A DNA stretch of 64,000 nt from Escherichia coli (GTDB lineage: Bacteria > Pseudomonadota > Gammaproteobacteria > Enterobacterales > Enterobacteriaceae). Positions 1-9,079 of the stretch are shown here, piece after piece; position 1 is the stretch's first letter, and each line of letters starts with the position of its first letter. Position numbers and translations under genes: made by a program. The notes beneath the pieces were generated by a model, which was not told the DNA's origin, made no database searches, and saw nothing but the letters and a program-made list of their open reading frames with translations. The DNA lies in NCBI RefSeq assembly GCF_016903815.1, contig NZ_CP069973.1. The stretch is one strand, 5' to 3'.

Positions 1-1325
1 CTTACTTCGGTTTTGAAATTCCGAACGCGCCGGGCAAATATTTCTACGTCTGGCTGGACGCACCGATTGGCTACATGGGTTCCTTCAAGAATCTGTGCGA
101 CAAACGCGGCAACACCACCAGCTTCGATGAATACTGGAAGAAAGATTCCACCGCCGAGCTGTACCACTTCATCGGTAAAGATATCGTTTACTTCCACAGC
201 CTGTTCTGGCCTGCCATGCTGGAAGGCAGCAACTTCCGCAAGCCGACTAACCTGTTTGTTCATGGCTATGTGACGGTGAACGGCGCGAAGATGTCCAAGT
301 CTCGCGGCACCTTTATTAAAGCCAGTACCTGGCTGAATCATTTTGATGCTGACAGCCTGCGTTACTACTACACTGCGAAACTCTCTTCGCGCATTGATGA
401 TATCGATCTCAACCTGGAAGATTTCGTTCAGCGTGTGAATGCCGATATCGTGAATAAAGTGGTTAACCTGGCATCCCGTAACGCTGGCTTTATCAACAAG
501 CGTTTTGACGGCGTGCTGGCAAGCGAACTGGCTGACCCGCAGTTGTACAAAACCTTCACGGATGCCGCTGAAGTGATTGGTGAAGCGTGGGAAAGCCGCG
601 AATTTGGTAAAGCAGTACGCGAAATTATGGCGCTGGCTGATCTGGCTAACCGCTATGTCGATGAACAGGCTCCGTGGGTGGTGGCGAAACAGGAAGGCCG
701 CGATGCCGACCTGCAGGCAATTTGCTCGATGGGCATCAACCTGTTCCGCGTGCTGATGACTTACCTGAAGCCGGTACTGCCGAAACTGACCGAGCGTGCA
801 GAAGCATTCCTCAATACAGAACTGACCTGGCATGGTATCCAGCAACCGCTGTTGGGCCATAAAGTGAATCCGTTCAAGGCGCTGTATAACCGCATCGATA
901 TGAAGCAGGTTGAAGCACTGGTGGAAGCATCTAAAGAAGAAGTAAAAGCCGCTGCCGCGCCGGTAACTGGCCCGCTGGCTGACGATCCAATCCAGGAAAC
1001 TATCACCTTTGATGACTTCGCCAAAGTTGACCTGCGCGTGGCACTGATTGAAAACGCAGAGTTTGTTGAAGGTTCCGACAAACTGCTGCGCCTGACGCTG
1101 GATCTCGGCGGTGAAAAACGCAATGTCTTCTCCGGCATTCGTTCTGCTTACCCGGATCCGCAGGCACTGATTGGTCGTCACACCATTATGGTGGCTAACC
1201 TGGCACCACGTAAAATGCGCTTCGGTATCTCCGAAGGCATGGTGATGGCTGCCGGTCCTGGCGGGAAAGATATTTTCCTGCTAAGCCCGGATGCCGGTGC
1301 TAAACCGGGTCATCAGGTGAAATAA
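1..1325 (+). CDS. metG: Methionyl-tRNA synthetase, 3' portion (5' end lies upstream of the window), including the C-terminal tRNA-binding domain
   Basis: Frame open from window start; translation contains [15 protein letters not shown] and the C-terminal [29 protein letters not shown] module; ends ...PGHQVK. Confidence 0.95.
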   Translation, partial: YFGFEIPNAPGKYFYVWLDAPIGYMGSFKNLCDKRGNTTSFDEYWKKDSTAELYHFIGKDIVYFHSLFWPAMLEGSNFRKPTNLFVHGYVTVNGAKMSKSRGTFIKASTWLNHFDADSLRYYYTAKLSSRIDDIDLNLEDFVQRVNADIVNKVVNLASRNAGFINKRFDGVLASELADPQLYKTFTDAAEVIGEAWESREFGKAVREIMALADLANRYVDEQAPWVVAKQEGRDADLQAICSMGINLFRVLMTYLKPVLPKLTERAEAFLNTELTWHGIQQPLLGHKVNPFKALYNRIDMKQVEALVEASKEEVKAAAAPVTGPLADDPIQETITFDDFAKVDLRVALIENAEFVEGSDKLLRLTLDLGGEKRNVFSGIRSAYPDPQALIGRHTIMVANLAPRKMRFGISEGMVMAAGPGGKDIFLLSPDAGAKPGHQVK

Positions 1326-1334
1326 TCTCCTTTC

Positions 1335-1372
1335 AAGGCGCTGTATCGACAGCGCCTTTTCTTTATAAATTC
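1335..1372 (+). terminator. Rho-independent terminator after metG
   Basis: Inverted repeat aaggcgctg / cagcgcctt with loop tatcga, followed by ttttcttt. Confidence 0.7.
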
Positions 1373-1465
1373 CTAAAGTTGTTTTCTTGCGATTTTGTCT
1401 CTCTCTAACCCGCATAAATACTGGTAGCATCAGCATTCAACTGGATAAAATTACAGGGATGCAGA

Positions 1466-4400
1466 ATGAGGCACTTTATCTTTCAGGACGAAAAATCACA
1501 TAAATTCTGGGCGGTGGAGCAACAGGGAAACGAGTTGCATATCTGTTGGGGAAAAGTTGGCACCAAAGGGCAAAACCAGGTAAAAAGTTTTGCGGATGCT
1601 GCGGCAGCGGCAAAAGCGGAGCTTAAGCTGATCGCAGAGAAAACGAAAAAAGGCTATGTGGAAAATGCTTTAGCAAACGTGCATATCCCCCCCATCACCA
1701 AAGCCACTCCTGAAGTTGAAACCTCCCCTGAGAGTAAAAACAAACGCCCATGGGTGGCTGATGATGCAGTCATTCCGGTAACTGGCGATATTAATCGATT
1801 TGCTTTTCCTCATCGCTCTCGCCCCAGAGAGATCAATTATCTGTACAAAGATGGCCAAATATGGAAGCGCATCGCGAATAACACCAGGGCATATGACCCC
1901 GACAATAATTACCGCTCTTATCCTGAAAACTGGCAGCTGGCGTTTGCCGAGTTACAAAGGCGAATTCTGAATAATCAACAAACAGGAAGTATACAATCTG
2001 ATGCGGCATTGCTCTGGAATTTATGGAACTCTTACTCTACAGATGAACTGGTCGATGACTTAGTCATTCGCTGTGGTCTGGAAACTACCGTTGAAATCGC
2101 CCTTCTCGCTCTTCAACTCAAATATAAACCAGTAAAAGCCGACGTCACCACCATTATTCCCCCTGATCTCAAAGCAGAATCACTACCGAACTGGCATCAA
2201 CGTCTATGTCATCATCTTTCACTCGCTTCAGAAGATGAGTGGCAACGCTGTGTAGATAAAGTTCTCGCTGCTATTCCCTCGCTATCCCCAGCACGGCAAC
2301 CTTTTGCGGCGTTACTGCTCCCTGAACGCCCGGATATTGCCAATGCTATGGCGCTACGTTATGCAGATCAAAACGTTCCGGCGATGACCTGGTTAAGACT
2401 GGTGGTAACCGATGACGCCGCTCTGACTACAGCAGAAAAATACGACTTCCCACCGTTGTATCATGATTTTCGCGCTTATCTGGCAATGTTGCTGGCAAAT
2501 AATGGGGTGCGCGGTGTAAGCCGGATACTTCTTGAGTTTACGGAAGAGCATTCTGACAATCCCACTTATCTCTTCGAGCGCATCAGCGAGACTGAAGATC
2601 TTGTCAAATGGCTATGGAAAACGAATCACCCGGATGCGATTCAAATTCTGATCCTCGGTGTAATTGGCAAGAAAAAGCACCTGGAATACTTAAGCAAAGC
2701 CTGTCAAAAACATCCCGCTGCGGCTCTTGCCGCTTATGCAACTTTACTGGCAATACATGAAGATGCACAGTGGCGTAAAGCGCTTGTCAAACTGATTACC
2801 GCCACGCCAGATTTAGTCACTGACGTCATTCCCTGGGTTAATGCTAAAGCGGCAGGCATCTTATCTGAATGTCGTACTCAGTTAGTCGCTGAAGAATGTG
2901 AATACGCCACTGCGGATATGTTGCCGGAGCTGTTTGTCGCTCCACCGTGGGTAATAAATAAGAAAACGAATGTAATACCCGTATTTGATTTACCGGTGCT
3001 TCCCATCCCTGCAGTCACTGACATCACGCCAGGAATTACAGAGTTAATCAGTCATACTGACATATCCAGATTCAGTGAAATCGCGCAATATCAGTCATCA
3101 CAGCAAACCTTATTTACCGACCTGCCACTAATTGAAAAAGAAAGCTGGGAGACATCTTTCATTCCTTTTACACCAGAACAACAAATCCTTTGGCAATTAG
3201 GTTTTAATGAATGGCTGCATTGCGAAGATGACTTACATGAAAAAAAATATATACCGCAAAGCGCTGTTGATGCCTTGTTGCGCTTTGATTTTCCAGCACT
3301 AAAAGCTGAGTTTGCGAAATATCACAACAATGCCAACAAAAGCTGGAATCTATCTGCGCTTTGTTACTTACCGGGACAACAGGCGATTTCATTTCTCAAC
3401 CAAATAATCATTGAGGAGCGATATTCAGGTGAGAAAGAGATTCTGGCAGTTTTTGGTAGTACGGCCATTCCTGCGTTTATGACCTGCTTGCAACGAGATC
3501 ATCAACGACTGTGGATATTCACCCTCTTTATTGGGGCCAGTGAACTAGCCTTACCAATGGCGCAGCGGTTACAGAAAAAAATGGCTTACAAGGATGCCAT
3601 TAATTGGCTGGCAAATAACCCGCGCCATGCCGCCGCCGGGCTACTGCCTTTGGCGCTGGGCAAACCGTGCCAAAATCGGGAATATGCCCGCCAGGCATTC
3701 CGCCTGCTAGTGAAATTAAACCAGCGAGAAACGATTGAAGAAATCGGCCGGAGATACAACCAACCTGATGTTTTAGCTGCGCTGGCAACATTGTTCGATA
3801 GCGATCCGCTGGAAGAATATCCCGCTAAAATCGCCCCACTGCCCGGCTTTTATCAGTTCACCTTATGGCGCAGACCACGGCTTAAAAGTAACAACCTGCC
3901 TCTGCCAGATGACGCTATGCGCCACCTGGGCACAATGTTGAGCTTTCCACGCGACATTACCTCCTACGCTGGGCTGGCGACCATCAAAGAGACCTTCACC
4001 CACGAATCACTGGCTGACTTTGGCTGGGATCTCTACACGGCATGGACAGAAGCTGGCGCACCCGCAAAAGAAAACTGGGCATTTACTTCGCTTGGGATTT
4101 TAGGCAATGACGACACCGCACGTAAATTAACCCCGCTTATCCGTGCCTGGCCGGGTGAATCCCAGCATAAACGCGCGGTTTACGGGCTGGATGTATTAGC
4201 TGATATTGGCAGCGATGTTGCGCTAATGCTGCTTAATGGCATCGCGCGAAAAATTAAATTCAAAGCATTACAGGAACATGCCCGCGAGAAAATCAACATA
4301 GTTGCTGAAAACCGTGGGCTGACTATGGCTGAACTGGAAGACCGCCTGGCTCCAGATTTAGGGCTTGATAACAGTGGCTCGCTGATACTGGATTTCGGCC

Positions 4401-5263
4401 CACGTCAATTCACCGTTGGTTTTGACGAAACCTTAAAACCTGTAGTGCACGATGCAAACGGCAAAGTCCTGAAAGATTTACCCAAACCAAATCAGAGCGA
4501 TGATCAAACACTGGCAACTGACTCCGTTAACCTCTTCAAACAATTGAAGAAAGATGTGCACGCCATTGCCAGCCAGCAGATTGATCGTCTGGAGCAGGAT
4601 ATGTGCCAGCGCAGACGCTGGACGGCAGAGCAGTTCCGCCTGTTTCTGGTGGAGCATCCGCTGGTACGTCACTTAACCCGACGGGTGTTATGGGGGGTAT
4701 ATACTGAGGAAAACACGCTGATCGCCTGCTTCCGGGTCGCAGAAGACAGCACTTACAGCGATGCGCAGGATGAGTTATTCACGCTGCCAGCAGGAAACAT
4801 CGGTATACCGCATGTGCTGGAAATATCTCCTGAATCCGCCACTGCATTTGGGCAAATTTATGCTGATTACGAAAAGCTTCCTCCCTTTCGCCAACTCGAT
4901 CGTGGTTATTACCACCTTACTGATAATGAACGTGATACCCATGAATTGATACGCTGGCAAGGACGTCTTTGCCAGGCCGGGCGCATTGTCGGGCTGGAAC
5001 GTCGAGGCTGGCAACGTCTGGAAGAAAGCGGCAGCGTCTATGCGATGCGCAAATCTACCCCTTATGGCGCTCTCGAACTTGAAACAGAACATTTTTCATT
5101 AATTTATGGCGAAACGGGGTATAGCGACCTGCTACCTGTTGAAAGCGTAAAAATCACTTCACCAGGGGAACGCTACAGTACACAGCCCTCGCTCACGTTC
5201 TCCGCGCTTGATGCCATCACCGCCAGCGAACTCATTAACGACATCGAATCACTTTTTGATTAA
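1466..5263 (+). CDS. molR: Giant 1265-aa protein with N-terminal WGR-like domain and conserved C-terminal module (MolR-like, putative molybdate metabolism regulator family)
   Basis: ATG preceded by GGGA; N-terminus FIFQDEKSHKFWAVEQQGNELHICWGKVGTKGQ matches the WGR signature; position directly after metG and length match my memory of MolR; ORF appears intact. Confidence 0.75.
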   Translation: MRHFIFQDEKSHKFWAVEQQGNELHICWGKVGTKGQNQVKSFADAAAAAKAELKLIAEKTKKGYVENALANVHIPPITKATPEVETSPESKNKRPWVADDAVIPVTGDINRFAFPHRSRPREINYLYKDGQIWKRIANNTRAYDPDNNYRSYPENWQLAFAELQRRILNNQQTGSIQSDAALLWNLWNSYSTDELVDDLVIRCGLETTVEIALLALQLKYKPVKADVTTIIPPDLKAESLPNWHQRLCHHLSLASEDEWQRCVDKVLAAIPSLSPARQPFAALLLPERPDIANAMALRYADQNVPAMTWLRLVVTDDAALTTAEKYDFPPLYHDFRAYLAMLLANNGVRGVSRILLEFTEEHSDNPTYLFERISETEDLVKWLWKTNHPDAIQILILGVIGKKKHLEYLSKACQKHPAAALAAYATLLAIHEDAQWRKALVKLITATPDLVTDVIPWVNAKAAGILSECRTQLVAEECEYATADMLPELFVAPPWVINKKTNVIPVFDLPVLPIPAVTDITPGITELISHTDISRFSEIAQYQSSQQTLFTDLPLIEKESWETSFIPFTPEQQILWQLGFNEWLHCEDDLHEKKYIPQSAVDALLRFDFPALKAEFAKYHNNANKSWNLSALCYLPGQQAISFLNQIIIEERYSGEKEILAVFGSTAIPAFMTCLQRDHQRLWIFTLFIGASELALPMAQRLQKKMAYKDAINWLANNPRHAAAGLLPLALGKPCQNREYARQAFRLLVKLNQRETIEEIGRRYNQPDVLAALATLFDSDPLEEYPAKIAPLPGFYQFTLWRRPRLKSNNLPLPDDAMRHLGTMLSFPRDITSYAGLATIKETFTHESLADFGWDLYTAWTEAGAPAKENWAFTSLGILGNDDTARKLTPLIRAWPGESQHKRAVYGLDVLADIGSDVALMLLNGIARKIKFKALQEHAREKINIVAENRGLTMAELEDRLAPDLGLDNSGSLILDFGPRQFTVGFDETLKPVVHDANGKVLKDLPKPNQSDDQTLATDSVNLFKQLKKDVHAIASQQIDRLEQDMCQRRRWTAEQFRLFLVEHPLVRHLTRRVLWGVYTEENTLIACFRVAEDSTYSDAQDELFTLPAGNIGIPHVLEISPESATAFGQIYADYEKLPPFRQLDRGYYHLTDNERDTHELIRWQGRLCQAGRIVGLERRGWQRLEESGSVYAMRKSTPYGALELETEHFSLIYGETGYSDLLPVESVKITSPGERYSTQPSLTFSALDAITASELINDIESLFD

Positions 5264-5275
5264 AAGGACTTTGCA

Positions 5276-8200
5276 ATGAAAACCTATATTTATCAGGACG
5301 AAAAATCACATAAATTCTGGGCGGTGGAGCAGCAGGGAAACGAACTGAATATCAGTTGGGGCAAAGTCGGCACCAACGGGCAAAGTCAGGTAAAAAGCTT
5401 TGCAGATGCTGCGGCGGCGGAAAAAGCGGAACTCAAGCTGATTGCGGAGAAAACGAAAAAGGGGTATGTGGAACATGCGGAGAATGCTACATCGAAACAT
5501 ACTCGAACGGTAACGAAATCTCTCGAATTATCTGACTTTTCTACCATCATTCAGGAACAGCCCTCAGTTACACCAGAATTCTACGTGGCTGACAAAAATA
5601 CAGACGTTATTTTACCGTGGCTGGCAAAAGATATTGCTGTCGTTTTTCCGCTTGAAGTCGTACCCACCACCTTAAGCCATCGCCGCTTTCCCGGAGATCC
5701 TGTTACACCTGTAGATAAATTAACCCAGTTACGTCGCTTAGCCTGTGGCGTGTCGCAACGGGATAACAAAACAGCTACATTTGACTTCAGCGCCTGTACT
5801 TTAGAGTGGCAAAACTTCATCGCTCAGGCGATCGATCTGATTAACAGCCCGAAAACGACAAAATTACCATCACCGGTAATGGCTGTACTCGCGGCACTTG
5901 AACTGCACTGCACGAGATATAAAGAGCGTGCGGATGTTATGGATCAGATTATTCAGGAAGGCGGTCTGGAATATGCTACTGATGTAATAATACATCTTCA
6001 ACAAATATCTATTGAATGGGATTATGTCAACAATAATATTGTTTTCCTGTCGTCTGGCATTTCACCTGATTATTTGCAGCAATATTCCAGCTTTGAATTA
6101 CGCCTACGTAAACATTTATCACTGGCGGAAGAGTCTCTCTGGCAAAAATGTGCACAAAAACTTATTGCCGCAGTTCCACATATTCCAGAATGGCGGCAAC
6201 CATTAATTGCTTTGTTATTGCCCGAAAAACCAGAAATTGCACATGAAATTGCCCAGCGTCTACTGGGGCAAAAGAAATTACCCTCGCTGGAGTGGCTAAA
6301 AATAGTGGCGACTGATGAGCACATTCTTGCCTCATTAGAAAAATATCACGAGCCATATGCCATTTTTGATGATTACTATTGTGGTGCGATATGGTCAGCC
6401 ACCGTATTACAGGAGCAAGGTGTTGCGGCCCTGCCCCGATTTGCTCCCTATGTCGCAAGTGACTACTGCGCCGATGTGTTGCGTCATATCAATCATCCGT
6501 TCGCATTAACACTGCTTATACGTGTAGCAGGGCATACTAAACGCTGTCACGATCGAATGACGAAAGCCTGCGCTGCGTTCCCACACGCAGCACTGGCAGC
6601 ACTGGCGGAACTTCTAGTGCAAAAAGAAGAGAATAGTTGGCGCATTATGCTAATGACGATGCTTATCTCGCAACCGACACTAGCAGAACAGGTCATTCCC
6701 TGGCTTTCGACACCCGCAGTTGCAGTGCTGAAATCATGCCAGCAACAACTGACACAGCCCTCAAACCATGCCAGCGCCGATCTACTGCCGGCCATAGTAG
6801 TCTCCCCACCATGGCTTTCGAAAAAGAAAAAATCGCCGATTCCAGTGCTTGATTTAGCACCATTAGGTATTGAGCCAATCAGTTATCTGACAGAAGAAAT
6901 CAGTAATCAACTTTTGGCGAAATATATCTGGTATTCAAAACACATCACGGTTAGTCATGAAGAAAGTACTGCCAATCTGTTGGCAAGGATGGGTTTTCAA
7001 CGACGGATCGCTGGTACATATATTAAAGCTCCCGAAGCGGTAGTTGAGGCATGGCTAAATGAAGATTATTCAACTTTAATAAGTGAATTTAAGGTGTTTC
7101 ATTCACCTACCGGGCATTATTGGCATTTGGGGATTTTGACAACATTGCCGCTGGAGAAAGCAGTAAGAGCATGGAATGCCCTTACTCTATCTCCGCATAC
7201 CGATACCGAATACGCCATGTTACATTTTGGACTCAAAGGATTACCTGGGTTAGTAAACTCACTTGCACGCTATCCACAGGAAGCCTTGCCCATAACGAAT
7301 TACTTCGCAGCGAGTGAGCTGGCACCTGCCGTCGCCCGCGCCTTCAACAAACTCAAAACCCTACGACAAGACGCCCGCACCTGGCTGCTGAAATACCCGG
7401 AACACGCCATTACCGGCCTGCTGTCTGCGGCGCTCGGCAAAGCCGGTGAAGCACAGGATAACGCCCGCGCTGCATTGCGTATGCTTACCGAAAACGGTCA
7501 TCAACCATTACTGCAAGAAATCGCCCGGCGTTATAACCAGCCGGAAGTAACAGATGCGGTGAACGCTATGCTTGCGCTCGATCCCTTAGATAATCACCCG
7601 ACAAAAATCCCCACTCTTCCGGCCTTTTATCAGCCATCGATCTGGACCCGCCCGGTATTAAAAGCAAATGCCCAATCACTGCCCGATAGCGCACTCCAGC
7701 ACCTCGGTGAAATGCTCCGCTTCCATCAGGAGGAGGCGCTGTATCCGGGATTATTGCAGGTGAAAGATGCCTGTACCGCCGACTCACTGGCTGAATTTGC
7801 CTGGGATCTGTTTACCGCCTGGCAGACCGCTGGCGCGCCGTCGAAAGAGAGTTGGGCGTTCACTGCGTTAGGCGTTCTCGGTAACGATGACACCGCCCGC
7901 AAACTGACGCCATTAATACGCGCCTGGCCTGGTGAATCCCAGCATAAACGCGCCACCGTCGGGCTGGATATCCTCGCCGCTATCAGTAGTGATATCGCCC
8001 TGATGCAGCTTAACGGCATTGCCCAGAAACTGAAATTCAAAGCATTACAGGAGCGGGCGAAAGAGAAAATTGCCGACATTGCCGAAAGTCGCGAACTGAC
8101 GGTAGCGGAGCTTGAAGATCGGTTAGCACCGGCTCTCGGTCTGGATGATAACGGTTCGCTGCTGCTGGATTTTGGCCCACGGCAGTTCACCGTCAGCTTT

Positions 8201-9070
8201 GATGAAACCTTAAAACCGTTTGTGCGCGATGTTTCCGGCAGCCGCCTGAAAGACTTACCTAAACCCAATAAAAGCGATGATGAATCACAGGCAAACGATG
8301 CTGTTAACCGCTACAAATTGCTGAAAAAAGATGCGCGTACCGTCGCCGCCCAGCAGGTAGCAAGGCTGGAATCCGCCATGTGCCTGCGCCGCCGCTGGTC
8401 GCCGGAAAACTTTCAGCTCTTCCTGGTTGAGCATCCGCTGGTTCGTCACTTAACCCGCCGTCTGATTTGGGGCGTTTATAGCGCCGAAAACCAGCTACAG
8501 GCGTGCTTTAGGGTGGCGGAAGATAACAGCTACAGCACCGCTGACGATGATCTTTTCACCTTGCAGGAAGGCGATATCTCTGTTGGCATTCCTCACGTTC
8601 TGGAAATATCACCGACGGATGCTGTCGCCTTTGGTCAGCTTTTTGCCGACTACGAACTGCTACCACCGTTCCGTCAGCTTGAACGTAACAGTTACGCCCT
8701 GACAGAAGCCGAGCGCAACGCCAGCGAACTGACCCGCTGGGCAGGCAGAAAATGCCCGAGCGGCCGGGTCATGGGGCTGGCAAATAAAGGCTGGATAAAG
8801 GGCGAACCACAGGATGGAGGCTGGATCGGATGGATGATCAAACCTCTCGGTCGCTGGTCGTTAATCATGGAAATCGACGAAGGTTTTGCGGTGGGTATGT
8901 CACCAGCCGATCTTAGCGCTGAGCAGGTCTTAAGCAAGCTGTGGCTATGGGAAGGCAAAGCGGAAAGCTATGGCTGGGGGAGTAATTCAACTCAGGAAGC
9001 GCAGTTCTCCGTGCTCGACGACATCACCGCCAGCGAACTCATTAACGATATTGAAGCCCTGTTTGAATAA
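5276..9070 (+). CDS. yehI: Second giant 1264-aa WGR-domain paralog (YehI-like)
   Basis: Starts 12 bp after the previous stop; N-terminal ~65 aa and C-terminal ~400 aa nearly identical to the upstream paralog, middle strongly diverged. Confidence 0.75.
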   Translation: MKTYIYQDEKSHKFWAVEQQGNELNISWGKVGTNGQSQVKSFADAAAAEKAELKLIAEKTKKGYVEHAENATSKHTRTVTKSLELSDFSTIIQEQPSVTPEFYVADKNTDVILPWLAKDIAVVFPLEVVPTTLSHRRFPGDPVTPVDKLTQLRRLACGVSQRDNKTATFDFSACTLEWQNFIAQAIDLINSPKTTKLPSPVMAVLAALELHCTRYKERADVMDQIIQEGGLEYATDVIIHLQQISIEWDYVNNNIVFLSSGISPDYLQQYSSFELRLRKHLSLAEESLWQKCAQKLIAAVPHIPEWRQPLIALLLPEKPEIAHEIAQRLLGQKKLPSLEWLKIVATDEHILASLEKYHEPYAIFDDYYCGAIWSATVLQEQGVAALPRFAPYVASDYCADVLRHINHPFALTLLIRVAGHTKRCHDRMTKACAAFPHAALAALAELLVQKEENSWRIMLMTMLISQPTLAEQVIPWLSTPAVAVLKSCQQQLTQPSNHASADLLPAIVVSPPWLSKKKKSPIPVLDLAPLGIEPISYLTEEISNQLLAKYIWYSKHITVSHEESTANLLARMGFQRRIAGTYIKAPEAVVEAWLNEDYSTLISEFKVFHSPTGHYWHLGILTTLPLEKAVRAWNALTLSPHTDTEYAMLHFGLKGLPGLVNSLARYPQEALPITNYFAASELAPAVARAFNKLKTLRQDARTWLLKYPEHAITGLLSAALGKAGEAQDNARAALRMLTENGHQPLLQEIARRYNQPEVTDAVNAMLALDPLDNHPTKIPTLPAFYQPSIWTRPVLKANAQSLPDSALQHLGEMLRFHQEEALYPGLLQVKDACTADSLAEFAWDLFTAWQTAGAPSKESWAFTALGVLGNDDTARKLTPLIRAWPGESQHKRATVGLDILAAISSDIALMQLNGIAQKLKFKALQERAKEKIADIAESRELTVAELEDRLAPALGLDDNGSLLLDFGPRQFTVSFDETLKPFVRDVSGSRLKDLPKPNKSDDESQANDAVNRYKLLKKDARTVAAQQVARLESAMCLRRRWSPENFQLFLVEHPLVRHLTRRLIWGVYSAENQLQACFRVAEDNSYSTADDDLFTLQEGDISVGIPHVLEISPTDAVAFGQLFADYELLPPFRQLERNSYALTEAERNASELTRWAGRKCPSGRVMGLANKGWIKGEPQDGGWIGWMIKPLGRWSLIMEIDEGFAVGMSPADLSAEQVLSKLWLWEGKAESYGWGSNSTQEAQFSVLDDITASELINDIEALFE

Positions 9071-9079
9071 GGAAAGAGC

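Noticed and set aside
761-1138. Antisense and alternative-frame ORFs of 60–330 aa embedded in clear genes (for example 761..1138 in metG, 7726..8268 in yehI, 24523..25515 and 25579..26184 in bglX, 40133..40873 in preA, 49947..50798 in cirA, 54635..55237 in yeiH, 20932..21636 in yehW/yehX)
   Set aside because: All lie inside well-supported CDSs on the opposite strand or in another frame. Their products are Arg/Pro/Ser-rich low-complexity sequence typical of GC-rich antisense frames, and many start at non-ATG codons in the track.
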